A DNA stretch of 63,729 nt, the filler included, from Octopus bimaculoides (lineage: Eukaryota): NCBI RefSeq assembly GCF_001194135.2. It is 5 parts of 5 records of this genome, joined end to end, with 100 filler letters (N's around TTAATTAATTAA, not from the genome) between each part and the next. Parts side by side here need not be neighbours in the genome. Positions count along the whole stretch, not along the records: positions 43,122 to 51,681 come from NC_069004.1; positions 51,782 to 56,489 come from NC_068984.1; positions 56,590 to 63,729 come from NC_068985.1; 2 more parts are not named here. The stretch is one strand, 5' to 3'. The notes under the pieces were generated by a model. The model was not told the origin of the DNA and searched no databases. It was given only the letters and a program-made list of their open reading frames with translations. A program made the translations under genes and the position numbers. Below are positions 50,520 through 62,890 of this stretch, piece after piece; positions within the stretch are counted from its first letter, which is position 1, and each line of letters opens with the position of its first letter.

Positions 50520-51640
50520 GCTTGCATGGGAAATCACAAATGTTATTCAAAGTTATTGAATTAAAAAACAGGTACGTAATTATACATGTTAAACAAAATA
50601 TACATATAAATTGTAAAATGAAATCCCTTTATGTTTTGTACCCATGAAGTTAAAAAAAGGATTGCATGTCCGGGCGATGAATCGAAGATTTGAATGCCTT
50701 AAAATAATTGGCTTAAAATACAAGGAAAGAAACACATACATACATACATACATGAATACATAGATACATACATATATATATATGTGTGATTTGGTTCTAT
50801 ACGTATATGTTAAGAATACAAATACATGTAAAACTAAATATGCTACGTTACTAAGTAAATTTATAGCACAATTCATTCGAATATTCCACCTACCTGCAAT
50901 TATTGCAGTTGTGAGATTACTCTCCAGGTAGTCTGCTGAAATCATTGACATTCCGTGTTAAGGTACATGTTAGCGCATAACTTTTATATTAAGATTTATC
51001 AATACAGCTACAGTCTAAAAGTATTCTGCAACGGCCTTTCGTAGAATATTTGGATCCTGGGATAAGCAAAATAATAGAAGTTTATTAACGCGTTGCCAGT
51101 CAGCAAGGAAAACCTTCCATATTCCAATGGAAGTTATCAGACAAAAATTTGACGTCAGTTCGTTTTGTCCCATGATTTCTGTGAATTTCTCTGGAAGAAG
51201 CAAAATTGTGTAAGTTTAATAAACACGTTGCCAGTTAACAATGAAAAACTCTCATATTGCAATGAAAGTTACCAGACAAAAGTTTCATGTCAGTTGTACG
51301 TTTTGTGCAATGATTTCTACGAATGCACCTGAAGACCTGGACATTTATCTCGCAAACATGTTTCTGAATAGCTTTTTGTTCGACTCTTAGACATTTAATG
51401 GATAATATAGGTCAAAACTAATCTGACATGTGTGTGTGTGTGTGTATGTGCGTGTGTTAGTGTGTGTCTGTGTATACATACATACGAGCATGTGTATAAA
51501 TATGCACATATAGATATTTAAATATATATGTGTATAAATGTGTGTGTATATATATATACACCATGTGGTTGGTAAGCAAGCTATTTACCACACAGCCACT
51601 CGCCAACGGTTAGCCACATTTAGGTGGCAAATATATTTCA

Positions 51641-51681
<41 letters not shown>

Positions 51682-51836
51682 NNNNNNNNNNNNNNNNNNN
51701 NNNNNNNNNNNNNNNNNNNNNNNNNTTAATTAATTAANNNNNNNNNNNNNNNNNNNNNNNNNNNNNNNNNNNNNNNNNNNNCTTATCTCTCTCCTCTATG
51801 TGTGTGTATATATATATACACACATATATATATGTA

Positions 51837-51874
<38 letters not shown>

Positions 51875-51954
51875 CATATATATTAGCCACCCATTCTTTC
51901 AGTATGCATATATAAATATATCATCTTGTTTTTAATGAGGTTTCTTGTGCCTCT

Positions 51955-51996
<42 letters not shown>

Positions 51997-52428
51997 ATTG
52001 TAACTATGAACTTTCAGTTGTCGAATATATTTATAAGAAAATTCCAATCACCTGAACATAGTTAATAGGCCACAGATATGCAATTATTACTCTCAGAGTG
52101 TATGCACTATTAATGGAAAGTTTCCTGGAGAGTTGTCACATCAAATAGTAACTCAAATGGCATTGTTTATTGAGCACGATGGTAAACTAATTCAGGAGCC
52201 ATCTTCATCAGCATGATTATACATACTGAATATTGCAAAGAAAAATAGATCCAAGATTTGCTGTTCATTTATGATTCTTGAATCATTGAAATAAACCTTA
52301 TGCCCCCAAGTCAAAACATTTATATAAAGCTCTTATATACGTGCAAGTAAATGCTTTTTGGCGGTCTTTGAAGCATGACAAAATTATTGATCTTGAAAAT
52401 TGATACCAAATTATTAAATTGATGCACA

Positions 52429-52485
52429 TAATTAATTTCTTCTACCTTCACTGTTAAAGACAGTGAAGGTAGAAGAAATTAATTA
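52429..52485. repeat. Perfect 26-bp inverted repeat with 5-nt loop (hairpin; possible pre-miRNA-like or MITE remnant)
   Basis: TAATTAATTTCTTCTACCTTCACTGT-TAAAG-ACAGTGAAGGTAGAAGAAATTAATTA. Confidence 0.9.
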
Positions 52486-53218
52486 GATATATATAAAATT
52501 GGGATCCCAATTATATATATATATATATATATATTATGTAAAATATCCTTTTCATTTTATTTTTCATTTTCATTTATCATCTTCTGTTTTCTCTAATAAT
52601 ACTACATTATGTTTAATTAATTTACTAATACAATTACAGAGACATCATTCTGTTAAATCAGTAAATATGTGGAGAGAAACTATATATGTAAATATATTAT
52701 TATAAAAATGGACACAGAAAATCCCTATTAAATATAAATTTCTTTTAGATAGGCTTCCATATTTTTTCTGGTTTGTGCTTTTCCTTTCATCATTAAATGT
52801 GCATTTCAGAAAAAATAAGTAATTTAGAGTGACCTCCTTTAATTTATAAATATAGTCTGCAGTTGAAAGTTTGAAGCTGTAATTGGCACATAAATATACA
52901 TATGTAAAGATGCCAAAAGAATTAAATTGATTCATTTATACCCATATATGCACACAAACATGTGTGTAATTATATTCGAACACACATACACACAAATATT
53001 AAATACAAGCATGAAACCATTCAGACAAATGTACACAGATATGAACATGTATGCATAGATGTTTGAATACATGTGCAAAACGAAACATTAAGACATAGTA
53101 TAAACAGAAATATCTCAAACGGTAGAAATACTTGACTCATAATTGAAACAGAACAAGAAAAAGGTATATATTTCCATTTCTGTTTTAACAATCTACAAGA
53201 AAAGGCAGATTAAGAAGA

Positions 53219-53261
53219 ATTACCTGAAGAGCCATCAAAAGAAGAAACTATTAGTAGTAAT
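53219..53261 (+). ncRNA. Degenerate type-I hammerhead motif
   Basis: AUUAC-CUGAAGA-GCCAUCAAAAGAA-GAAA-CUAUUAG-UA-GUAAU. Perfect 5-bp stem I, intact core, near-palindromic stem III and GUA triplet; stem II is broken. Confidence 0.5.
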
Positions 53262-53588
53262 GTTAACCGAAGAAGATTCCACATATATTTTTATACCAAG
53301 AAATATATATTTTGTACAAATGTGTTTTTATATAAATATATGTTTATATCTGTATATGTGAACATGCATTCTGACTGAGTGGCATTTATATTGAATATAA
53401 GTGCACAGATATATACTTATGCTTTTTAACACTCGCAGTATAAATAAACATGCATACATTTGAACAAATTCATATATAAGTAGATATAAATCTTTTCAAA
53501 TGGATATATATATATACATATTTGCATTACACACATGCACACACACATGCATGCATCTACATATATACATTATATATACACATACACA

Positions 53589-53638
<50 letters not shown>

Positions 53639-54056
53639 TATATATGTGGGTGCATGTCAGTTTATGCGTAACATTGTACAAAAAAGATGCATGTTCTTTG
53701 GATAGTTATACCAGTAGACACTTTTGTATGTTCATAACTTTAAATATATTCATATTTAGTATGTATCCATATATGGCTACACCAAAATGCATGTTCAAAA
53801 ATACAGATATATAAATATGTTAATATGCATAATGTTTAGACACATGTACTTATGTGTATGAGTATGTGGAACCTATTTCATTCCTCCGGGATACATTATG
53901 TTATCTTCAAATACATTAATGGCTAAGATTCTGTTCCTAACCATGAATGTCATCTCACTACTCTCAAGCTTATCTCTATCTTCTGTTATTTTTCTGTCAC
54001 TTTCCTTTCTGCCTTCTGTCTTCCTTCAAACTTTGTACCTTTTCTTTTCTCCTTTA

Positions 54057-54087
<31 letters not shown>

Positions 54088-54344
54088 CTTATTTCCCTTT
54101 GAAACTACTTCAACTCCCACATCAATTTTTGAACACAGTTTCAAAAAGATCATGTACGTGTGTGTGTGTGTGTGTGTGTAGGTTTTGTGATGCAAACAAT
54201 AAAATAGAACACTAAACATGTGCATACATTTATTTTATTAATTGATAAGTGCCAATGCATAAAATTCGTGGCACTTGATTCATTCTGTAATTTCTGCCAA
54301 TTATCATTATCAATAATGATAATAATAATAATAATAATAATAAT

Positions 54345-54557
54345 TCTTTTCTACTCTAGGCACAAGGCCTGAAATTTTGGGGGAGGGCTCCAGTTGATTA
54401 GACTGACCGCAGTATGCAACTGGTATTTAATTTATCGACCCCGAAAGGATGAAAGGCAAAGACGACCTCGGCGGAATTTGAACTCAGAACGTAAAAACAG
54501 ACAAAATATTGCTAAACATTTCACCCCGCGTGCTAAAGCTTCTACTAGCTTGCCACC

Positions 54558-54602
<45 letters not shown>

Positions 54603-54810
54603 GGCGAGCTGGCAGAATTGTTAGCATGCTAGATGAAATGCTTAGCAGTATTTCACCATCACTATGTTCTGAGTTCAAATTCCATTGAGGTTGACTTTGC
54701 TTTTCGTCCTTTCGTGGCTGATAAATTAAGTACCAGTTGCGTACTGGAGTTTATCTAATCGACTGTCCCTCCTTTCCCCCCCAAATTTCAGGCCTTGTGC
54801 CAATAGTAGA

Positions 54811-54841
<31 letters not shown>

Positions 54842-55111
54842 TATTTATTTATTTTTTTTTTTATTTATTTTTTTTTTTTTATTACCAACATTATTTAAGG
54901 CAGTGAGCTGGCAGAATCGTTTGCATGCCAGGCAAAATACTTAGTGGCATTCTGTCCGTCTTCTCCTTCTGAATTCAAATTCTGCTGTGGTTGACTTTGC
55001 CGTTCATCCTTTCAGGGTTGATAAAATAAGTACCAGTTGTGTATAAAGTCAATGTAATCAACTTGTACCTTCCCCCAAAATTTCAGCAGGAAAGAATTAT
55101 TATTAGTATTA

Positions 55112-55154
<43 letters not shown>

Positions 55155-55350
55155 CAGCAGAAACCACACAGTAGCTTAGTTAAGATAATACTTTCTACTA
55201 TAGGCACAATGCTCAACCGGTATTTATTTCATTAACCTTGAAAAGAGGAAAGGCAAAGTCAACCTTGGTAGAATTAGAACTCAGAATGTAAATCGAAAGA
55301 ACTACTGCTAAGCATTTTCTCTGGCTTGTTAATGATTCTGCCAGCTCATA
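54345..55350. mobile_element. Four SINE family 1 copies in -,+,+,- orientation separated by (AAT)n/(ATT)n
   Basis: 54345-54557 (-), 54602-54813 (+), ~54897-55090 (+), ~55190-55350 (-). Confidence 0.8.
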
Positions 55351-55450
55351 TTTAAATCAGGTATAATGATAAAATATATAGCCATGTATTGAGTTCTATA
55401 CTAACCTGTTTGTTTTACCAAACCAATGTTTGTGTGTGTTTGCATATATA

Positions 55451-55690
55451 CAGGGTTGGCCAAAAGTTATCCAATAGTAAATCAAAATTCCATAAATACT
55501 TAATATTCAATTTTATTTATTCATTCCAATTATGAATGTTTAATAATTGAATGCTGTGAGTTAAAATCACCATTTTTTTTTTTCAACATTTGTCTATTTA
55601 TTAGCAAGGTCTCATATAAAATAATTTTTTGTTTTAATCTTGGAATTAAATGGTTTTGATTTATTGTCAGGTGACTTTTGGCTATCCCTG
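55451..55690. mobile_element. Tc1/mariner-type MITE, 240 bp
   Basis: TIRs CAGGGTTGGCCAAAAGTTATC and GGTGACTTTTGGCTATCCCTG match at 17/21; flanked by TA on the left and TGTA on the right. Confidence 0.75.
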
Positions 55691-56193
55691 TGTATATATA
55701 TGTGTGTATTGGACATAGATATTGCTGAGTGATTAGGTTTACTTTGCAACCATGAAGCCTTGGGTCCAATTTCCACCACATGGCATCTAGGGTAGGTGTC
55801 TTTACTATAGCCTTCCATGGACCCAAGCCTAATTGGGGGTAGACAGAAATCATGTAGATGCTCATTAGATGGGCTGTACATGTAATTACGGGTCCAGCCT
55901 TGTTAGACTGTGTCTTGCTGGTACTGTTTGAGAATTACATTAAGTGTACACATGTCTATGAGGTACTTGGTCACTTTGCACACTAATTCAGTGTTTCAGT
56001 GAGTAGGTTGTTCAGTTGATCAAACTACTGAACTCTCATTAGTGAAAATCAATGAGAGAGCTTACCATACATAGACCTGTGCATATGTTTGTTAGTCTGT
56101 ACATATGTGCAAACACAACACACACGTATATCTGCAAACATGTACACACATTCATATACACAAACATGCATACTCACTCACATACACACATAC

Positions 56194-56225
<32 letters not shown>

Positions 56226-56489
56226 GACTGGTGTAGCAGCATCATAGTCAACTGCTACAAAGGTAAAGGGGACGCTTTAGATACAAATAATTACAGAGGC
56301 ATCAAGCTGTTAGATCAGGTTATGAAAGTTACAGAGAGGGTCATAGCCCAACTAATTAGGGAGCGAATCAATTTAGATGAGATGCAGTTTGGGTTCGTGC
56401 CAGGTAAAAGCACTACTGATGCCTTATTTCTAGTGAGACAGTTGCAAGAGAAATACCTAGCTAAGGATAAACCTCTGTACCTGGCTTTC
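56226..56489 (+). mobile_element. RTE-clade LINE reverse transcriptase fragment (88 intact codons, runs into a gap)
   Basis: DWCSSIIVNCYKGKGDALDTNNYRGIKLLDQVMKV...QFGFVPGKSTTDALFLVRQLQEKY...PLYLAF contains the non-LTR RT motifs KG....NYRxI and QxGF..GxSTxDA. Confidence 0.92.
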
Positions 56490-57832
56490 NNNNNNNNNNN
56501 NNNNNNNNNNNNNNNNNNNNNNNNNNNNNNNNNTTAATTAATTAANNNNNNNNNNNNNNNNNNNNNNNNNNNNNNNNNNNNNNNNNNNNATATATATATA
56601 AAATATATATACATGAATATATGCACACATACACACCCACTCATGAATGCGTGGGGGGTCGGGGTGTTTGCATACAGAATGTCACGAGCCGTAGGCATTA
56701 CATATTTGCCCATAAATTAATTTTTGAATTTTTAGAACGAAACAATATTAACAGAAAATAATTTTATTTGCAATTTTCCCCAAATATATGGTTCTGCACT
56801 GTGCGTTCATAACGAAACAGCACTTTTAAATGTCAAATCTTTGTCCTCTTGCCATATGAGTTTAATAGCAGAACCCCTACTTAGACTGCACTGTTTAACA
56901 TCATTGCAGTGTGAGCAGCTGTTGTTCGAATTCTTTGCCCTCTCGTATCGCCTCGAATCATACATCATATGAATGATTTATTCTTCATTGTCCATCATAC
57001 CATAATATATTTAATCCATTATACTCCAGTTGTCTGTTGAATCATTTATTCAACCACAATAATTGAACCGGTAAGCTAGAGATAGAGACATTTACATATG
57101 TTAGTTAAGTATCTTTAGTTCAATCTGCGGGTGGTTTAAAGATCAGATATTCGATATCACGTGTTATTCATTGCTTTATAATGATCGTGTGGAAGAACCG
57201 TTCTTTTATTATTGCCGTCGTTAGAATAGTTGATACGAAAATATTGCATTTACTTAGCCCTATGCAAGCTTTATTGAGAACACCTATGATTAAAGAATTG
57301 AAATTATAAACTGCAGGCATTATATTCATGTGTACATCCACGTTCTTGACTCTGTGCCGTTCATTTTTTGCAATTATATGTAATGATTCGATGAACATTT
57401 CGTAATAATTGTTACAAATCAAACTAATAGTAGCTGAATTGTTAACTTGAAGTGCCAGTGTATATTGCTCAACATTATCTAACAATATAGCGTGGTATGA
57501 AAATATTCCTATGAGCAGAAGTATTCAAAGGTTTAATGATCATATCCAGTGGAGGTTCCTCCCAATTAATAAACACTATAAATTCGCCATAACTTAAAGC
57601 ATGCTTTATTTACTATATACGAGGCTTCTAATTAAGCTTGGTGCATCGTAGCATAGCGTCAAGTGAAAATATGTATGAAAGACTGAATCATTCATATATT
57701 TCTTGAATGGATTCCATGATTCTATTATATGTTACTTAACACGAACATCTTGAATTAGCGGCAGGCGTCGTTAAGCAATAATATATACACCAATCGCAAT
57801 GTAAAACACGCTAGAGAAAATTGCAACAACTA

Positions 57833-57873
<41 letters not shown>

Positions 57874-58275
57874 AGATTCCTTAACTGATGCAGTCAGTCA
57901 TTTGAGTACATTTTAGACGCTTACGTAGTCAACTGTAGCTATTTGTTCTTGTCATTCTGATGCCGAGCAGGTTAGCTGTTTTGTGACTTCTCCAGGCCTT
58001 GATGTTGTCAAGCTACCGTTTTCTATGTTTGCCTCTGTTGCGCCCGCCTTCAGCTATGCCCTCAAAATGGTTTTCAATAGAGGATTGTGGTTTTCAATAG
58101 AGGATGAGCTACCAAGCAATCTATCCTCATTTTACCAACGCAACCATTGGTTCCTCCTTGGCAGCATATTTGTTGACTTGCTCACTGACAAAGCTGTCTA
58201 TTTTCTACTCTGTATACGAGATGTACAGCAACATTTTGAAGCACTTGTGCTCACATACCTAGTCTCTTCGCTCAA
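57833..58275 (-). mobile_element. RTE-type LINE 3' end with (GAT)n tail, decayed
   Basis: Minus strand encodes LLKTILEGIAEGGRNRGKHRKR*LDNIKAW, matching the RTE ORF C-terminus, then about 13 GAT units at 57833-57873. Contains an internal ~20-bp duplication TGGTTTTCAATAGAGGAT. Confidence 0.8.
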
Positions 58276-60816
58276 TGTAATATAATAAAAGAATTATATT
58301 TTATATTTTAATTTTAACCTTCTACTGAAGGAACATGTGACATCTACCGTAGATTTATGTTCTTAACAATCCCATAAATCAAAAATTGAATTTAATTCGT
58401 GATATTTAGTTTGTAATTGCCAAAATACTTTTAAAATAACTATTCATACATTGTTCTGTTATGTGGTAGGAGGTATTTGGTTAATACGTTCTAATAAATA
58501 TTGTTCGTAGCAAATTCAGCTTTGCCTATATTTTGTAACAAATATATGAGTGAATGCTACTTAAATTGCCACAAAACAACGAATTTGTAAATTACGAGTT
58601 TACTCCAATAAATATTTCTGAATTTAAAATTTCAGCAAAAAAAGAAAACTTAGATCATTATCATATTTGAACTCGTACGATTAAATGATATTAAATAACA
58701 TTTGATATTTTTTCTGATCACATTTAATAATGATTAAATTTTTGCTTAACATAAAACGAATCTATTAATTTCGTTAACTATTTAATTTATAATTTATTTT
58801 TTTTCAATCTGATATGAGATTGTGTATAGTAGCGATATGTGTACGGTCTTGACTACATTTTGAATTTGAAAATCTTTTATTCGGCACATTGTATAATATC
58901 AAAATGGCAGATGCAAACATAGTAAGCACGTTAAGTTGCTGTAGTCATACGCTGTTTGGGTGTCAGTATTATTTATCGAATTCTGCAGAACACGTTTAAA
59001 AGAAATGCATCTATATAAATTATAGCACTAAAAAAAGTTATGCCTCCCTGTGTATATGTGACACATATTTAATAATCTTATACTTCAAACTAAGTTGCAG
59101 GTGGTAATTCCATTTCATATCTTCCATATATTAATAATTTCTGAGAGAACCTCAAATATATCATGAATCTCGCTGTAATTTAGGAAAAATGCAACATAAC
59201 AAACATAACTCGTTGGAGCTTAACAAGCTAACGAAGTAGAGAAAATAGGTAATATCATTTCAAATTAAAGTTTAGCTTATGTATTTGTAATGGTGTCACT
59301 TACATTCCCGATTCATGATACCCAACTGTAGCCAGCTGTTTTTTTGGGACGCATCAACAAATCTATTGCCAGTGCATGTTTGTAGATTCACGAGTGATAT
59401 TATGGTTTAGGGAAAATTTGGTCCCATATTTTAGTACATCAATTGACCATGTAAAAGATTCCTCACTCTACTTAGGTGGATAACAATCTCACATAAAAAT
59501 TAAACTTTAGGGATGTTGGCAGAAAATCTAGTACGCCGAAGAAAATGATGCATGGCTTTTATTCGGTCTTCATGTTCTGATTTCAAACTCCACCGATGTC
59601 GTCAATTCTTTTCATCTTTTCGGGGTATTTGACTTAAGAATTAGCTGAGCATATAAGGCGATGTAATCAACTAGAGCAGCCTCGCTGCTCACACAATTTC
59701 AAGCCGATTGTCTCTAGTAGCAAGGTTTCTTTTATAGCGCTATAAAGGGGGTTACCTGGCAGAGTCATTAGCGCATCGGACAACAAGGCTATGTCGTGTG
59801 TCTTTACTTTGTGAGTACGAATTCCACACAGGGCCGAGTCGGCCTTTCATTCTTTCGATGTCAAATGAGCATCGGCCACGTGCTGGGGTCGACATAATTG
59901 ACTTCCACCCCAACGAAAAAGCTGCTGGCCTGATACCAAAGTCTGAAACTACAAATATGTACTATATAGTGTATGTCAATACTCTTTTATTCTTTTACAC
60001 GTTTCCGTCATGCTACCGTGGTCATGCCAGAGCATGAAATCTGAGATGACTTTCCAGTAAAAGCATAGCATAATGCCTTAAGATAACCAGCAGTAAAATA
60101 CATTTGTTATTGTTATAGTTGCGGTTCTACTTCAAATTTCCAATGGCTCAGCACACGTATAATGAAATACATTTAATTAGTGACCAACTTACATTTTAGG
60201 TCCATTTCACCTAATAGAGTGCCCTGTTGTAAATGAGAGTAGTGTGTAATTTGAGATAATTACAGCCAGGTACCTAATGCAACACAAAAAAGGTAAATAT
60301 ATGTGCTTTATAATTGTTACCAGCTTGGGTTATATTTTAATACTACAACATTATATAATTGCATTCAAAATTTTGTAACTTATGAAAAGTATGTCCTTTT
60401 AAAGCACATTCACACATATAATTCTTATTTGAAACTTACCCTCATTTTATAATCTGACAGGTATAGCCTTTAGAAAACCCTAATCTATTTATTAATAGAC
60501 TAAATGAAATGGTTTATTTCTCTAAGGATATAAGTAAAATGTTTTATATCCCTTATCAGATTAAAATGCCTTATTTTAGCATAAACAAATCCTCTTATAA
60601 GTCCCCGCTTCATTTTCCTAGATTCGAACAAGATATCAAGATATATCAAAAGCTCTCCGTTTGCAATCATTTGGTTTTATGGTAGTTACTTATAATCCGA
60701 TATCATTCACTCTCTATATCATTTTCATACATTCTGTCTTTTGCCTTGCCTCTCTCTCTTTCTCACCGTTCATCTGAAACTCACAGACGCTCAAGTATAT
60801 GTACGCATACATGTGC

Positions 60817-60893
<77 letters not shown>

Positions 60894-61545
60894 CTGCCAC
60901 TCCATCCTCTCTCTGTCTCTCTCTATATATATGTGTGTATGGTGTATGTGCGTATATATATCGCTTTTTGATGACAACCATCAATGTGATTAATTATTTT
61001 ATAATCTTAGCGTTGAATATCAAGATATTTACTCGATTCTGTATAAAGAAAATTATATTCATCGGCCATTGGAAAATTATCCGTTAACATCAGATCATTG
61101 TGTACGATTGTCATTGTAATTAATGGATGTCCTAATCCGTTCGTTATCTTTATAATGCGCAAATAATAAACTTGTATAACAATCAATCATTTTTTTTCCT
61201 ATTTTATTCTCTGTAATTCTCTTCCGACATCTCTCTCTCTCCCACGCATACAGACACACGATCTCTTTCTTTGTTTCTCTCTAGCTCTTACATATATATA
61301 GTCGGAAACAATATGGCTGTTTATATTATAATAATTTGCTAGCAAATTACGTTTTCTTATTTTCTAGAACGTACTTCTCAAACACATTATGCGTATATTT
61401 ATTAATAAACATATGTGTGTGTGTGTGTACCACTTTTAAGTTTATCTCCACAAAATACAGAGAGAGAACTAAATGTTACAATGTTTCGTATACGAATACA
61501 TTTATGTTAACAATGCGATCAAAGATGTAAAAAGAACATGGTGGG

Positions 61546-61590
61546 TGAATATACATATCTCAAGAGTTATTGCAATCTCCTCAGCCTCAC
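61546..61590 (-). ncRNA. Degenerate hammerhead motif (unit 1 of 414-bp tandem)
   Basis: GUGAGG-CUGAGGA-GAUUGCAAUAACUCUU-GAGA-UAUG-UA-UAUUCAC. It lies exactly 414 nt from the unit-2 motif, keeps U16.1/A17, and has A14 changed to G. Confidence 0.5.
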
Positions 61591-61953
61591 ATCCAATCCA
61601 TTCTCTATCCAGGAATGCATGCTTAAATATCCATTACGTTTAGCTGTTTAACAATTTGGGTAGAACAATTTACGCATTCGATACGCACCTGGTAGCTGGT
61701 ACGTGAATGTTAATTGTTAACAAGGACTCAGTCTTTGGTTTTGCAGCCAAAATATACTATCACGTATATTAAAACTTTATAAGTCGGTATTGCTCCAAAC
61801 TTTAGTGCAACTATGGCGGTTAATGTTAGTGTTGTAATTTATTTTAATCGCTACAAATATTCAATACAATACAGATCCAGCACTGAAAGTTCCAATCCTA
61901 TTTATACAAATACCTTTATGTAAGCAATGACATAGTAAATAGAAAAGTTAGGT

Positions 61954-62010
61954 AATGTGTGTCTATGCATGTTTCAAAAGTTATTGCATTCTCATCAGTA
62001 GCACTACATC
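61954..62010 (-). ncRNA. Degenerate minimal type-I hammerhead motif (unit 2 of 414-bp tandem)
   Basis: GAUGU-A-GUGCUA-CUGAUGA-GAAUGCAAUAACUUUU-GAAA-CAUG-CA-UAG-A-CAC-ACAUU. Stem I is 11 bp with two single bulges and both core boxes are intact. U16.1 is replaced by C and stem II is weak. Confidence 0.6.
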
Positions 62011-62269
62011 AAACCTATCAACTGACTAGGAATGCATTGATTAAATACCCACTGCGATTATCAGTGTGACACAAATGGATAAACCAATTTACTGTTAAAA
62101 TACGTACCAGGCAGCCGGTACGTGAGTATTAAGTGTTGGCAAGGATACAGTATTTCGTATCGTAGTCACAACATAATGTCGACTATATTAAAAGTTTATA
62201 AGTGAATATTGTGGCAGAGGTATATTTAAATGCACAATATTAAGTAATAAAATTTTGATATATTTGGTA

Positions 62270-62500
62270 CTCTTTACGCTTTTTACATGTTTCAGTCATT
62301 TGATTGTGGCCATGCTGGAGCACCGCCTTTAGTCGAGCAAATCGACCCCAGGACTTATTTTTTGTAAGCCTAATACTTATTCTATCGTTCTCTTTTGCCG
62401 AACCGCTAAGTTACGGGGACGTAAACACGCCACCATCGGTTGTCAAGCGATGCTGGGAGGGGGGACAAGCACAGACAAACAAAAATATACACACACACCC

Positions 62501-62565
<65 letters not shown>

Positions 62566-62737
62566 TATATACGACGGGCTTCTTTCAGTTTACGTCTACC
62601 AAATCCACTCACAGGGTTTTGGTAGGCCCAAGGCCATAGTAGAAGTCACTAACACAAGGTGCCACGCAGTGGGACTGAACCAGGAACCATGTGGTTCGTA
62701 AGCAAGCTACTTACCACACAGCCACTCCTACGCCTAT
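62270..62737 (-). mobile_element. SINE family 2, near-consensus full copy with internal (TA)n
   Basis: Reverse complement of the head, (TA)n and tail. Confidence 0.9.
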
Positions 62738-62890
62738 AGGGTTAGAGTTGGGGTTAGGGTAGAATATTATGGTTGCAAAAGTAATACTGTACCCTTGCTA
62801 GCAGTGTATATATTAGTAAGTGTGAGGGTGTGAGTGCCTGTGCCTATGTTTGTGTGAATACATGAACGTGTGACAACAGATTTACACAGC

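Larger units (their letters stand above)
61454..62211. repeat. Diverged direct tandem duplication, period 414 bp (retrozyme-like)
   Basis: Co-linear blocks at offset 414 (AATACAG 61454/61868; GTTATTGCA 61566/61980; AGGAATGCAT) and TATATTAAAA.TTTATAAGT near the end. Roughly two-thirds identical by eye. Confidence 0.8.

Noticed and set aside
53214-53285. EELPEEPSKEETISSNVNRRRF as the FAM167 C-terminal exon (resembles NINSRRF)
   Set aside because: In-frame stop just upstream, no MRxQD/LARQL coiled-coil segment, and the sequence is better explained by the hammerhead motif.
54602-55865. Apparent CpG-to-TpG decay suggesting a methylation domain
   Set aside because: The adjacent SINE copy 54345-54557 retains its CpGs, so copy age explains the pattern equally well.
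57168-57485. 105-aa minus-strand ORF
   Set aside because: TTG start, no recognisable motif and no splice signals; within chance for this composition.
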